Shown piece after piece: positions 13,437 to 25,925 of a stretch of DNA of 64,000 nucleotides. Within the stretch, counting starts at the first letter, position 1, and each line of letters opens with the position of its first letter. The stretch is from Neodothiora populina (Eukaryota): positions 496,001 to 560,000 of the forward strand of contig NW_027191407.1 in NCBI RefSeq assembly GCF_041146345.1. Direction: 5' to 3'. The notes below the pieces were generated by a model, which did not search any database, was not told the DNA's origin, and saw nothing but the letters and a program-made list of their open reading frames with translations. Made by a program: the position numbers and the translations under genes.

Positions 13437-15668
13437 TTAGTACTTTCTGGCGAAAGGAGGAACAGCCTTGCACTCAGCCTCGTCAAGAGTGGTACCGACG
13501 ACGGCTCTGTAGCTGATGTCGGTCTTGCCGTGAGGCTGCTTCTGCCATGAGAGAGTGTGCTTCATCCAGTTGACATCATCACGGTCGGGGTAGTCCTCAC
13601 GGGCGTGAGCGCCACGGGACTCCTTGCGGACAGCGGCGGACTCGGCGGTCTGGACGGCGCAAGTGAGGAGGTTACGGAGCTCGAGGGTCTCGACGAGATC
13701 CGAGTTCCAGATCATGCTACGGTCCTTGATACCGACCTGGCTGAATTGCTGGTCAACATCGCGGATCTTCTTGACACCCTCGTCGAGGGACTCCTGCGTC
13801 CTGAAGACGGAGACATCAGTCTGCATGGTCTTCTGCATCTTGGAGCGGATCTCCGATGTGTGCTGGGGACCGTCAGAGTTGCGGATGGCGTCGATGACGT
13901 TGATGGCCTCAGCACCAGCGTCGGCGGGGATTTCCTCGAGCTTCTGTCCGGGGGTGAAGTTGTCTCTGATGGTGTGGGAAACAGCACGACCGAAGACGAT
14001 AAGATCCAGAAGAGAGTTGGCACCGAGACGGTTGGCACCGTGGACGGAGACACAGGCGGCTTCACCGCAGGCAAAGAGACCGGGCACGACCTGGTCTTTG
14101 CCGTCCTTGTCGACGGTGAGAACCTCTCCGGTGTACTTGGTGGGGATGCCACCCATGTTGTAGTGGACGGTGGGAAGGACGGGGATGGGCTGCTTGCGAA
14201 CATCGACACCGGCGAAGATGGAGGCGGTCTCGGAAATACCGGGGAGACGCTCGTGAAGGATCTCCGGGGGCAAGTGAGAGAGCTGGAGGTAGATGTGGTC
14301 CTTGTCGGGCCCGACACCGCGACCCTCACGGATCTCCATGGTCATGGAACGGGAAACAACGTCACGGGAAGCAAGATCCTTGGCGGTAGGGGCGTAACGC
14401 TCCATGAATCGCTCACCCTCGGAGTTGAGGAGGTAACCTCCCTCACCACGCGAACCCTCGGTGATCAAGCATCCGGCACCGTAGATACCAGTGGGGTGGA
14501 ACTGGACGAACTCCATGTCCTGGTTGGGAAGACCGGCACGGGCAACCATGGCCATGCCGTCACCAGTGCAAGTGTGAGCAGAAGTGCAGGAGAAGTAAGC
14601 ACGACCGTATCCGCCGGTGGCGAGGACGGTGTTGTTAGCACGGAAGCGGTGGAGAGTGCCGTCTTCCTGGTTGTAGGCGATGACACCCTGAGGGCAAAGG
14701 TCAGCTTTGATGCAGCTTTCTTGAGCATGCAGAGACATACCTTGCACTCGCCGTTCTCCATGATCAGGTCAGTGGCGAAGTACTCGATGAAGTAGTTGGT
14801 GTTGTGTCTGAGCGATTGTCCGTAGAGAGTGTGGAGAAGAGCGTGGCCGGTTCTGTCGGCGGCGGCGCAACATCTGTAGGCCTGGCCACCCTTTCCGAAC
14901 TCCTTTGATTGACCACCGAATGCTCTCTGGTAGCTGTATCGCGCCGTTGAATTAGTCGCCTTCTTGTGCACTCTTTCGGGATCATCGCTTCTTACATCTT
15001 GCCGTCGTCCGTTCTCGAAAAGGGACATCCGTAGTTCTCGAGTTCGATGACGGATTGAGGTGCTTCGCGGGTCATGTAGTGGATCGCGTCCTGGTCACCG
15101 AGCCAATCGGAGCCCTTGACAGTGTCGTACATGTGCCATCTCCAGTCGTCCTCGTGCATGCTGTGGAAGGCGCATCGTATCAGTAAAGCAGATTGAAGAA
15201 AGAGGCAAAAAGAGGCAGAAAGAGGCAGAAACTCACTTTCCGAGTGCGGCGTTGATACCACCCTGGGCGGCGACGGTGTGAGATCTCGTGGGGAAGAGCT
15301 TGGAGATACAAGCAGTGTTGAAACCAGCCTCGGCCAGACCAAAGGCGGCTCTGAGACCAGCGCCACCGGCGCCGACGACGAGGGCATCGTACTCGTGGTC
15401 GATGACGGGGTACTTGTTGCTCAGGAAGGGAGAAGCCTCCTTTGCCCGGAGGGGTTGGTTGGTATAGATCTTGGAGGCGCGGGTTGTGCGTGAGAACTTG
15501 CGGGCTTGTTGCATGCGGAGGCCCTGCGAGAACTGCGTGTCTTGTCAATTGTTTTTCGTTTTCCTTAGATATGATAAATAATAGACATTGTTTCGCTATG
15601 GGGGGCAAATAGCAATTGTCACGCACCCTCGAGGCGGCGCTGAGTGGCCTCATGCCGAATGAGCTCAT
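13437..15668 (-). CDS. SDH1: Succinate dehydrogenase flavoprotein subunit, mitochondrial (4 introns: 15533-15626, 15161-15236, 14934-14995, 14688-14740)
   Basis: [25 protein letters not shown] (covalent FAD His), [47 protein letters not shown]. Arg/Ser-rich N-terminal presequence. Confidence 0.98.
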
Positions 15669-17632
15669 TGCGGAAAAGGTGATGCTGCTGATGCTGTGGA
15701 TAATAGAGAGAAGAAAAGAGAAAGAAAGGTTCAGAGATGAGAGTGTTTCAGCAAAGCATACACGACCGCCACAGGAGAGTCGATGATGATGAGATGAAGA
15801 AGGAAGATGGCAAATGGCACGCAAGAGTCTACTACTGCTGGAAAGAGACACAAAAGCGTAACTCTAAGGCACTTACAAAGGCACTTACAGCAGAGGCGGA
15901 GAGCACGGCTGGCCCAGATCTTAGCAGCGACTCGTCCTCGTCTGGAGATCTGACCAATCACGTCTCTCCGTATTATAATGTCAGTAACCTCGGGAGAGTC
16001 GGGAGTAGCGGACGGCTTCCGATTATGTCCTTGTAAAGTGTCTCGCCTTCCGGCGCTGTCACCTGCAGAGTGCCCTACCGCTACTGTAGAGTAGATTGTC
16101 TGCAGACGGGAGTTATAGAGGTGAAATGTAGACATTGGCCGTCCCACACTTTATCTGCCTTACCTTGACTGGGTCACTACACCTCCAGGGCTGACTGACC
16201 TGATCGACATGTCACCGAGGACATGTCTCTGTTAATCACTCTGTGACTCTGTAAAAGAGACCATTGAATGTCCATTGCTTGTCGCGAGTCCAACAGTAGG
16301 TAATCATTAAAGATTCACACAGTTCATTGGACTATAAGGCAGGCACACATAGGCAGCAGAGTAACTTTACAGCTATAACGAATGCAAGTGCGACGCCGCC
16401 GCCTCCGCCTCCGTCGCTCAGCCGGTTGCACTAAAATGCCTTACCTTGCCTTCTGGAAAAACGCCACAAGGCAACAAAAGTTATTCCTCGATAAGGTAGA
16501 CTCGCAAACGACAATACCCACCACCAATAATGATATAACCAAGGGACAATGGAACGGTGTAAGATGTCTTGGCATACCATGTCCCAATGCGGACGTCAGG
16601 TTCATGTTCATGGAGCTCTCGAAGCTGTAGATGCACATGCATGACAGGCTTGGCAGACGACAAAAAGGAAAGAACAGAAAGAGCAAAAGAATCGGAATAA
16701 CCGCTTTGGCCGCCGAGGGCCCCGCGATTTAGTAGCGGTGGCACTGTTTTTGCATTATCGATCTCGCCTTACCGTACCTTAAGGTACTGTAGTAGCCCTG
16801 TCGTAGTCAGTAGTAGTAGTCCAGTAGTGATACATTGCTGTATACTCCGTAAACCCAGAGGATTTGTCTCATCGATAGACCTACTGTAATTGTGCAAAAA
16901 CCCAACCACAGAGCAGCCGCTATACATCCCTCTCAACACCCCCCCCCCTCTCTCCCTCTGCCTCACGTGCTAAATTTAAGACCCAAAAATACAACGCACA
17001 AAATCTCTCCACCCCTCCCACGCCGTCGTGTCGTATCGCTGTACATACAGTACACACTCACGGTCAACGCAATAGATCTCACTAGGCCAAATCACGCCGC
17101 CAGCTCCGCCATCGTCCATCTCCCCGGCACCACTTTTGACCGCCGACGAATCCCAAGCCTTTTTAGCAGCTCAGCGGACAGAGGTGCGAGTACCTTTAGT
17201 GTGGTGTGCATCGCCCTGGCCTGACGTAACATCCGACAGCTGAAGAAGCTTGGGTTTGGAGTTGCAACATCAACACCTGCCCTGTCCATCTCAATCCTGC
17301 CTGTTCTGTTCTTGTTCCGCCTTGCCTGCCCTCTATCCTTTTGTTATCCTGACTCGTCTGAAATCCTATCCCTTCCGTACCTGCCTCAACAACCAACACT
17401 GCCACTTTATACTCGACAATCATTTGAACAATCTCCCGCCTTCATCTGCAAACCACTCCGACTGAATAATTTTCGCATTAAACCTTCTCAAATCATCAGT
17501 CCCCGCGCACCCACTATCGAAAAGCTCTATCGACCGCCATCGCCGCACATCAACCCGCGTCACGCGCAACCGGTCCAGAACAATATACTACACAATAACA
17601 GCAGGAGCGATCTGTGAAGGAAAAAAAAGACA

Positions 17633-19723
17633 ATGGTGGAAGGAGACTCGCAACAGGCTCCAACATGGAAGTTCACACAGTAAGTCTGCTCAATTCCATC
17701 ACATGCATCGGTTCTGTTGTCTGTTTGTCGTCACCGCGGCCATCTTCATCGATCATCGTGACTCGGAATCTCGACATAAACAAGCCACGGTTTTTCATCC
17801 AATACGCAATGTCCAACGAAGTGGTTGCATTGAAATGCCGCCATGTCCATATCCTCTGCCATCTACACCTATCGTCGCCCATCTCCAGCTACATCTTGTC
17901 TCTCAACCTCTGGCGGACCAACACTCCTTGAAGCATATGCGTGATCTCTGAGAACGTCAGAGGGATGACCCGACGACCGCGTGTCCAGACACGGCGCACT
18001 TACTCCCTACCACTATAGCTGTTGAACGCCTGAGCTCATCCATGTCCACCATCTTCAATATCTACCAGCAGCTCTTGAAACCATCCTTTCGCAGTGGCTG
18101 ATTCGTCCGATGCAGGTGTTTTGGTGATAAGGGAGACGTTGAGGATATCACAGAAGGTCAGTGCAGCAAGACAACAACCCTTCTCTCTTGTGCATGACAC
18201 TAACACGTCTTGTTCAGCCGACATCATATCCACAGTCGAGTTCGACCAGACGGGTAACTACCTAGCCACTGGCGACAAAGGTGGTCGTGTCGTTCTGTTC
18301 GAAAGGAATGAGACGGTTCGACTCGGCCTGATGACCTCTATACAGAAGACAACGCTGACGCCCGACAGAAAAAAACGTGCGAGTACAAGTTTCACACCGA
18401 GTTCCAGTCTCACGAGCCCGAATTCGACTACCTCAAATCCCTCGAGATCGAAGAGAAGATCAACAAGATCAAATGGTGCAGGAGACAGAACGCTTCACAT
18501 TACCTCTTGTCCACAAACGACAAGACGATCAAGCTGTGGAAGGTGTTTGAGAAGTCGCTCAAGGTGGTGGCAGAGAACAACTTATCGCAGGACCTGACGC
18601 CTGCCGGTGTTGGTAACGCCAACGGCGGAGGCCCAGTCCGACCGGCGAAGCACTTCCGCACTGCTGCAGATCTCAACTTTCCACGCATGACCCATCACGA
18701 TACCGTCATCGCCGCCGTGCCCAGGAGGGTCTACGCCAACGCTCACGCATATCACATCAACAGCATCTCGGTCAATAGCGATGGCGAGACTTTCATTAGT
18801 AGTGACGACCTGCGCATCAACCTGTGGAACCTCAACATCCAGGACCAGAGCTTCAACATTGTCGACATCAAGCCTGCCAACATGGAGGAGCTGACCGAGG
18901 TCATCACCGCTGCCGAGTTCCACCCGCAAAGTTGCAATTGGTTCATGTACGCCAGTTCCAAGGGCACGATCAAGCTGGCAGATATGAGAGAGCGCGCCCT
19001 GTGTGACCAGCACGCCAAGCGTATGTCGATTTCTGATTCTTCTAAATTCACACAGTCTTTCTGACTAATCCTGCATCACAGAGTTCGAACAAGAGGAAGA
19101 CCCCTCATCGCGCTCCTTCTTCTCGGAAATCATCTCCTCCATCTCCGATGTCCGCTTCTCAAACGATGGCCGCTACATCCTCTCACGAGACTATCTGACG
19201 GTCAAGATCTGGGACGTCAACATGGAGCGCCAGCCAGTCAAGACGATTCCCATCCACGAACACCTCCGACCACGCCTGTGTGACACATACGAGAACGACT
19301 CCATCTTCGACAAGTTCGAAGTGGTCTTTTCTGGCGACGCGAAGAATGTCATGACCGGCTCATACAACAACAACTTCATGATCTACCCTTCGGAGACCGG
19401 CAAAGACACCGAGGTCGTCCTTCAAGCTGATAAGAGCGCTTTCAAGGCGAAGAAGGTTGGCATCCCAACCCCAATGAATGGCGCAAAGGACGGCAAGAAG
19501 GGCAACAGCAGAGCGAACAGCCCCGCTGGACAGGGCGCACGCATGCGGAAAGAGACGGACGCCGACGCCATTGATTTCAACAAGAAGATATTACATATGA
19601 GCTGGCATCCATTTGAGGACAGCATCGCCATTGCTGCCACGAACAATGTAGGTGCCGCTTGGGTTTTGCTATGTTATCTATGGCTGACCTTGACCACAGC
19701 TTTTCGTCTTCTCCGCTCTGTAA
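17633..19723 (+). CDS. CDC55: Protein phosphatase 2A regulatory B subunit (B55/PR55, WD40); introns 17680-18115, 18157-18217, 18316-18368, 19021-19081, 19648-19699
   Basis: [97 protein letters not shown]. Confidence 0.97.
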
Positions 19724-20549
19724 ATTTGTTGTATTCCCAAATCAAAGGTAATATCTAATGAAGTTCACTGGCACCAAGACTCGGGGTTGCGCTTTTTGCT
19801 TACCCTGTCAGGCAGGCATATTTGGCATTCACAAATCCTGCTGCTTGATCTACATTGTGCCTGGAGCAGCGCTTCGTCCAGGAAGAGCTCTGGCAAGTCC
19901 TTGGAGTTTCATCTCGAGTCTGACGAAGAAGCACACGATCGGTGGAAGAGTAACTGAAAGGGCAGTCATGACAGACAGTGAAGGACAAGTCGAGAACGAA
20001 TCAGATAGAGGTCAGGCTTGAGATGAATGAATTTCAAGATGATTCAGATGAAGACCTGTGTCTATGTGACTTGTCGAAGCCACGTTACTTCCGAAGCACC
20101 TGAACATGTGATGTCCGTACAGTGAATAATTCCAGGGTGATGCGAGGTGGAGAGGTGGAGGGGCTCCCGACCCTGATGTGCAGTGATGTGTTCCCACGCA
20201 GCATCTAGGTCCGTCCCAGAGATTCTGCAAGCGAAGGCCGAACCGGCCCTACGGTTTCGTTTAGTGCAGGAACATCGTATCGTGTCAGCCTCCTGATCGT
20301 CTTGGGGTCTGCGAACACTATTTTTCTATTTATATGTATATGTCAACCCAGACGACAACGACTGATCATTTCCAATCATCGCTTCTATTCTCGTGAAGCA
20401 CAACAACTTTTGATTGTCCGCTAAAGCCCCTCACATCTGCGGCCGAAGCTTATTCAGTGATTTCGATACTCTGGCTCCGTAGTTCACATCGTTATCAGTC
20501 GACTACCAGCATACAACCACTGCCGGGCCAGGCATATCATATAAGGACT

Positions 20550-21947
20550 ATGGCAGATGTTACAACTGCAGCATTGAGCACTGTCGGTCTCATCTTTGGA
20601 GGATGCTGCTCTAATGTTTGTTTCTATCGAACAAAATAATGTCGTCATCATCGACTTACACGCGAGTTCAGGTATTCGCACTCGAAGCAATCATAAAGTA
20701 CAAATTTATCCAAACTGAAGCTATCATGATATCGCTTTTCTAATCGTAAAGACAGGAAAGAAGCCGATAGCGGTAAGCTCTTCGAAATCACATTGACTCT
20801 CGACCATATATTTCACGCAACAAGCTACTGACATGCAGGCGTTCCTGAACTACAGGTCTACTGATCACGTTTTTCCAATTCCTTCTCACAACAGCGTTTG
20901 CGTATCCCTCGCAGTCCACTGCGCCCGGCGAGACCGGTCTTCTCAAGCCACGCACGGTGCCGTTGAGCAGATGGGCCACCATCGCGGCCATTTTCTTCGC
21001 CGTGAACATGATGAACAATTGGGCTTTCGCATTTGATATCTCTGTGCCTGTTCATATCATCTTGCGATCGTTTGGCAGTGTCACCACGATGATTGCTGGC
21101 GCGATCAAGGGCAAGAAGTATTCGCCTCTTCAGGTCTCTAGTGTTATGCTTTTGACTGTGGGGGTTTTGATATCAGCATGGGCGGATGCTGTCGGCAAGG
21201 TATGTTTCTTTTGTTCTCTTTTCTGCTCATCACCAAAGCGCTTCTCATTCTGTGGATATGAGTTGCACGTGGACAAAGCGAGAGAGACTGATGTAAAACC
21301 ACCAACAGGGCAAGGATCTCTCGGCCAAAACCCCAGCGTCGACGTCTTCCTTTGCAGCAGGTCTCTCTCTCCTGCTCGCAGCCCAGATCATCTCAGCCTG
21401 GATGGGCATTTTCATCCAGGACACATACGCGCAATACGGCGCCTCATGGAAGGAAAACATGTTCTACTCCCACTTCCTCTCCATCCCCCTCTTCCTGCCT
21501 CTAGCGCCCACCTTACATCGCCAGTACTCGCGTCTAGCGGCAACACCTCCCCTGAGCCAAGTCTTATTCCACAAAGCCGACTTATCAGCCTCAAACCCCC
21601 TCCTGACCTTCGCCGAACACCTCCCCGTCGGCGCGGCTCTGCTTTTCATCAACGCCATGACTCAACTCGCGTGCATCTCCGGCGTCAACCTGCTCTCTGC
21701 AAACGCGTCCGCAGTGACCGTCACCATCGTGCTGAACATACGAAAACTCGTCTCGTTTGTCCTGAGCACCATCATCTTCGGACACAGTCTCAGCGGCATG
21801 ATGACGTTGGGCTCGGTGGTTGTTTTCGGCAGCGGTGCGCTTTATGGGTTCGAGACTTCTTGGAGGATTCCGCAGCAGAGGAAGAGGGAGGAGGCGGAGA
21901 GCAAGGGCAAGGGGAAGGCGGCGAATGGGAAAGTCAAGGGGAATTGA
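20550..21947 (+). CDS. YEA4: UDP-N-acetylglucosamine transporter (Yea4/SLC35B4, UAA family); introns 20616-20671, 20698-20755, 20773-20855, 21200-21308
   Basis: LIFGGCCSNVFALEAI, GLLITFFQF, NNWAFAFDISVPVHIILRS, WKENMFYSHFLS, TQLACISGVN, TVTIVLNIRKLVS. Confidence 0.9.
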
Positions 21948-22490
21948 TTGGGAAGGACTTGAGGAGATGGAGGGGAAAACGTCAGTGAGGACAGCGAGAA
22001 AGGATGAAATTGAGACTGGGTTTGAGCGAGTAAGAAAACATACAGGCAATGCAACGCAGATAGCGACAAGACATCGAAAGTCCTTGGTTCCCGATGCCCA
22101 AACCGGGGACCCGTGTGATGCAGTCCACGAAGAATAGACGACATTCCATACTACTTGACCGAAAAGTTCTTGACGAAAGCCAAACAAGAAGCAACGGCGC
22201 CCACACACCCTCTTGCCAAACCCCTGGATCTAGATTCACCCTCCCGACCTCGACCGATACTTATGCTCAATCCACCTGCCCGCTTCAGACCCCAGCTCAA
22301 GAGGCGGAACATCATTCGCAACAGGGCCAGACTCATCATCAGCGGCAGCGGCAGCAACAAGAAGAGCATCAGCAGAATCTCCAGCACCCGTATCTGGTCT
22401 TTATCAGCAAACGAATGTCAAAAGATCTACCGTCTGCTGTCGTGGTAAAGAAGAACGTACTGACTGCATGGGGATGAAGACGCGGATGTA

Positions 22491-23504
22491 CTATTTGTCG
22501 TCTTCCTGTTCTTCGTGTTGAGCCCCTTGTTGCGCGTCTAGGGCGAGGGACAGGCTGGTTGCTGCGGTTGTCGTTGTCGTCCTCCGTCGGCCCAGCGATA
22601 ATGGCTGATATCGGGATACGACCCGGCGTGTTGCGCCAATTGCTGGTTGGTGGCGGACGCTCTTCTTGTCGTATTGAGCTTGGAGAGGAGGGCTATGGGG
22701 TGGTGCGTATCAGTCTTGTTCCACAAGTTCGGGAGAGCGCAGTCAATCGACGAGGATACGTACCATGTCTGAGTCGTTCGGTCGGGTTGGTTCGAGGACG
22801 CGCGAAGAAGAAGCAATGACTCGTGCTGGACGTATGGGCGATGGCCACGATCGAAAAAGACGCAATGACTGTGCGGATGTGTTCTATCCACCCTGAAGAA
22901 CACTTGTATTTCCCTCTTGGACTGCCGAATTATTCCTCCCCGCCTCTCCCATATTCGCCCACGGCATCCTGGCTCTGCTTGGACTGCTACTGCTGTTATT
23001 CAAGTCAACAGCTTGCATCAGCGTCTCCTGGGCTTCTTCGAACTTGTTTGCTGCACTTTCTATTTCCTTTGTAGCACGTGGCGGTGGCGTGCCCTTGATA
23101 CTCGACGACGGCGTCTGGAGTGATCCCTTGGAAGGGACTATTTTCGGCTTCTTGGGAGTTCGCTGCTCGCTCTGCTGCGATTCACTACCGCCCTGCGACA
23201 GAAGATCCACGGATTCATGTTTTCGTTTCCCTTTAGGTCTCCTCGATCCACGCCAAGAGGTAGATGCAAACGTCGAAGCATCCCATGCTTCTTCATCCTC
23301 GCCCTCTTCGCCCTCATCACCAAAATCAACGAATCGTCTTGGCTGCGCCACAGAAGCAGAAGATCCCGTAGCAGTATAGGTTGGTGGTGATCCCGTACCA
23401 ATCCAAGTCCTTCGGCGCCGTGAAGAACTCGATGGTCCCGAGAATAATGTTCCCGTGTGGCCCGGGACTGGTTGAAGATTGCTAAGTTCTCGCTTGGGCT
23501 TCAT
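22491..23504 (-). pseudogene. Orphan low-complexity protein gene interrupted by an in-frame TAG (22884-22886); intron 22693-22763
   Basis: The 206-aa ORF continues in the same frame past TAG (QGG*NTSAQSLRL...NDSDM) to a GTACGT donor, ctgat branch and TAG acceptor, then a 66-codon terminal exon ending EEQEDDK*. No family recognised. Confidence 0.45.
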
Positions 23505-24070
23505 TCTTTCCTTCTTGCCTAATTCTGCTTGTTTGTGAGGTATGCTATGGATATGAGTATTCTACATGCTGATAGAATATTCGCCTTTGTGTGACTAGTT
23601 TATGGTTTGGTGTCTAATGCTGTGATATGGTGGTTTGATTTGTGTAAGGTAGCGAATGGCGAAGAGGTGGAGGATGTGGGAAAAGGGGCAAGAAGGAGTT
23701 GTCGAGAGGGAAGGTGCGATAGAGGTAAGTGAAGTTCTCTTTCCTTCTGTTTTGCCACTTACTGTCTTGCAATAACTTACCTTAAGGTAGTTGTGCGCTC
23801 GTCAGTCTGGCGACTGCAATTCTATAGACCTCTGAGGGATACACTTCGCATATTCATGTTTGTGATTGCACAAGTACGATCAGTGTCACAACGCAAGGAG
23901 TGAGCGAGAAGAAGTCGGATTCGCTTCACAAATACTGCCAGGAACTGACTGGAGTTTATTCATTTTTCTTTCATCTCCCTCTGATACGAAAGCAATCACC
24001 ATGCTAAATCAGACCAACTACCCAAAGTCCTTCACCTGGCTACAATAACCAGCTACCCTGAGACTCAAGT

Positions 24071-24814
24071 TCACAAGTAAAAAGCATCATCTTCCTTGCC
24101 TTCACTTTCCTGTTCATGTTTCTCCTCACAAATATCAATAAGTGCCATTGCAGGAGGCAAAGGCATGGGCGACACAACCCTAGCCAGTCCCTTTCGTTGC
24201 GGCATCGGCACAGGCGTCCTAGCTGCAGTAGGATACCGAGTCCACCAAGCCATGTCTGGGATTGAGTCCATCTGATCATACACCTCGATAAGGGGAGGAG
24301 AGAGCGTCAAGATCGAAACGATGCGGTGAAGTTGATTCGATTCTTCCTGAGGATGAATGACTGGGGTTTGAGAAGAATTGGCCGGAGTGTCGAAAGTACA
24401 CTTCTCAGGATCCTCGGAAGTCAGATCCGGGATGATCGTAACGAGAGGATCTGCCCAGCCGACGTTGCGTCGAAGGGATCTGCGTCCTGCAGAGGGACGG
24501 ACGTGAGAGACCAAAGGTTTGGCCCATTGGACATGAGGGCGAAAAACAAAAGAGACAGAGTTGATGGAGACAAGAGCGCCACTGCTAGATGCGGATCGAA
24601 TGTCCCATCCGAAGTCAGAGCTAGGGGAAGACATCGAATCTTCGTCGATGCTTGCAAAACAGCAGAATGGTCTAGCCATGAAAGAGCATAGACGAGAATA
24701 CCATGTCGAAGATGGAATTTTCGTAGCAGACGAGGAACCGGTATCCATGGCGATCGTTCCGTACACCGAGGTTGCGTCGACAGCATTGAGGAGCGCTGAA
24801 GTAGACATGTCCAT
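24071..24814 (-). CDS. Hypothetical orphan protein (247 aa)
   Basis: Uninterrupted ATG-initiated ORF, Ser/Pro-rich with an acidic tail and two VxWAxPLV motifs. No family recognised. Confidence 0.5.
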   Translation of the reverse strand: MDMSTSALLNAVDATSVYGTIAMDTGSSSATKIPSSTWYSRLCSFMARPFCCFASIDEDSMSSPSSDFGWDIRSASSSGALVSINSVSFVFRPHVQWAKPLVSHVRPSAGRRSLRRNVGWADPLVTIIPDLTSEDPEKCTFDTPANSSQTPVIHPQEESNQLHRIVSILTLSPPLIEVYDQMDSIPDMAWWTRYPTAARTPVPMPQRKGLARVVSPMPLPPAMALIDICEEKHEQESEGKEDDAFYL

Positions 24815-25925
24815 GTCGAAGGTGGGTCAGATCGAGGTTGACTCGACTGTTGGTTGTTGGAGCCGTTGGTTTGAGCTGCTGTTTCTCTGTTTGATTATGA
24901 ACTGTATGAACTGACTGGTGAAAAAGACAACAGTAGTATAGAAGAAGGTATGCTGATGGTAGAGAAGAACCTCGAGTGCAAGAGCAGAATCATGTTCTTA
25001 TAGTCGTCGAGATAAAATGATCGAAAAGTGGGTTGAAGCTGGATCTCTGCTCCAAGGCAGCCAGCTTATTGCAAACAGGAACCCTCCCTCGGCGCAATTG
25101 ACGTTGTTGATATGGATCTTGCGATTGGCTCTACAGCTTACAGCAGTCCCTGTCGTTCGCATGCGTTTGACTTTGACTTGATGCATAGCACTAGATGCAA
25201 CTGACTTGTCTACTGTATACTACCTTAAGGACTTGCGTAGACTATTAAGGACGACTAGTGCTCGAGTCACGAATGTACTTGCTACCTTCTCCTATCACTT
25301 CGGCAGGATACGTTAACTGTGTCTTCAGTACATTATGAGCCTCTGTAGTTATGAGATGCTATAAGGATTAGCTCTGCGCTCTTCTAGCAGGCGTCATAGA
25401 AGAACGGGGGATGAGGATATGTTGACAGGAAGGAATAATCGATGGATGTCTTGACTCGTGTCGTTGAAGGTTTGATTGTGCTACAACCATCTACTCTCTA
25501 CTGCTGAGTTCACCAGTGCAGAGGATATTAGTATATGTCATGATATACTGTGTGAATACTACAACCGTAGATACAGTATAATGCTATAACCTCGACAAAA
25601 AGTGTCAGGGTCTGTGTATACACACATTCGGCACTAGCGCGTCATAAGTTGGAGCAACTTGGTGTCTGCCCCAGCTTGTGGCGTTCCGCTAGTCTAGAAA
25701 CAGTAATGACGTTCCATCGCTATGACTTCCCAGCCTCCGCAAAACAATGGAAAGCTCACTTTCACATGTCACATGTTATAAGCCAGGGACTGAAGGTGGT
25801 TTGTCCCTTATCTCGACGTTGTTCTTTCAATCACATATGCAACAGCGGAGGAAGCATAGATAACTGTTCACTTATACGTACCATTCATCCGATTGAGACT
25901 CGAGCAAAACAGCAGCCTGTACACC

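Noticed and set aside
13557..14795. 412-aa ORF antisense to SDH1
   Set aside because: Shadow ORF caused by strong codon bias of the highly expressed sense gene. No recognisable motifs.
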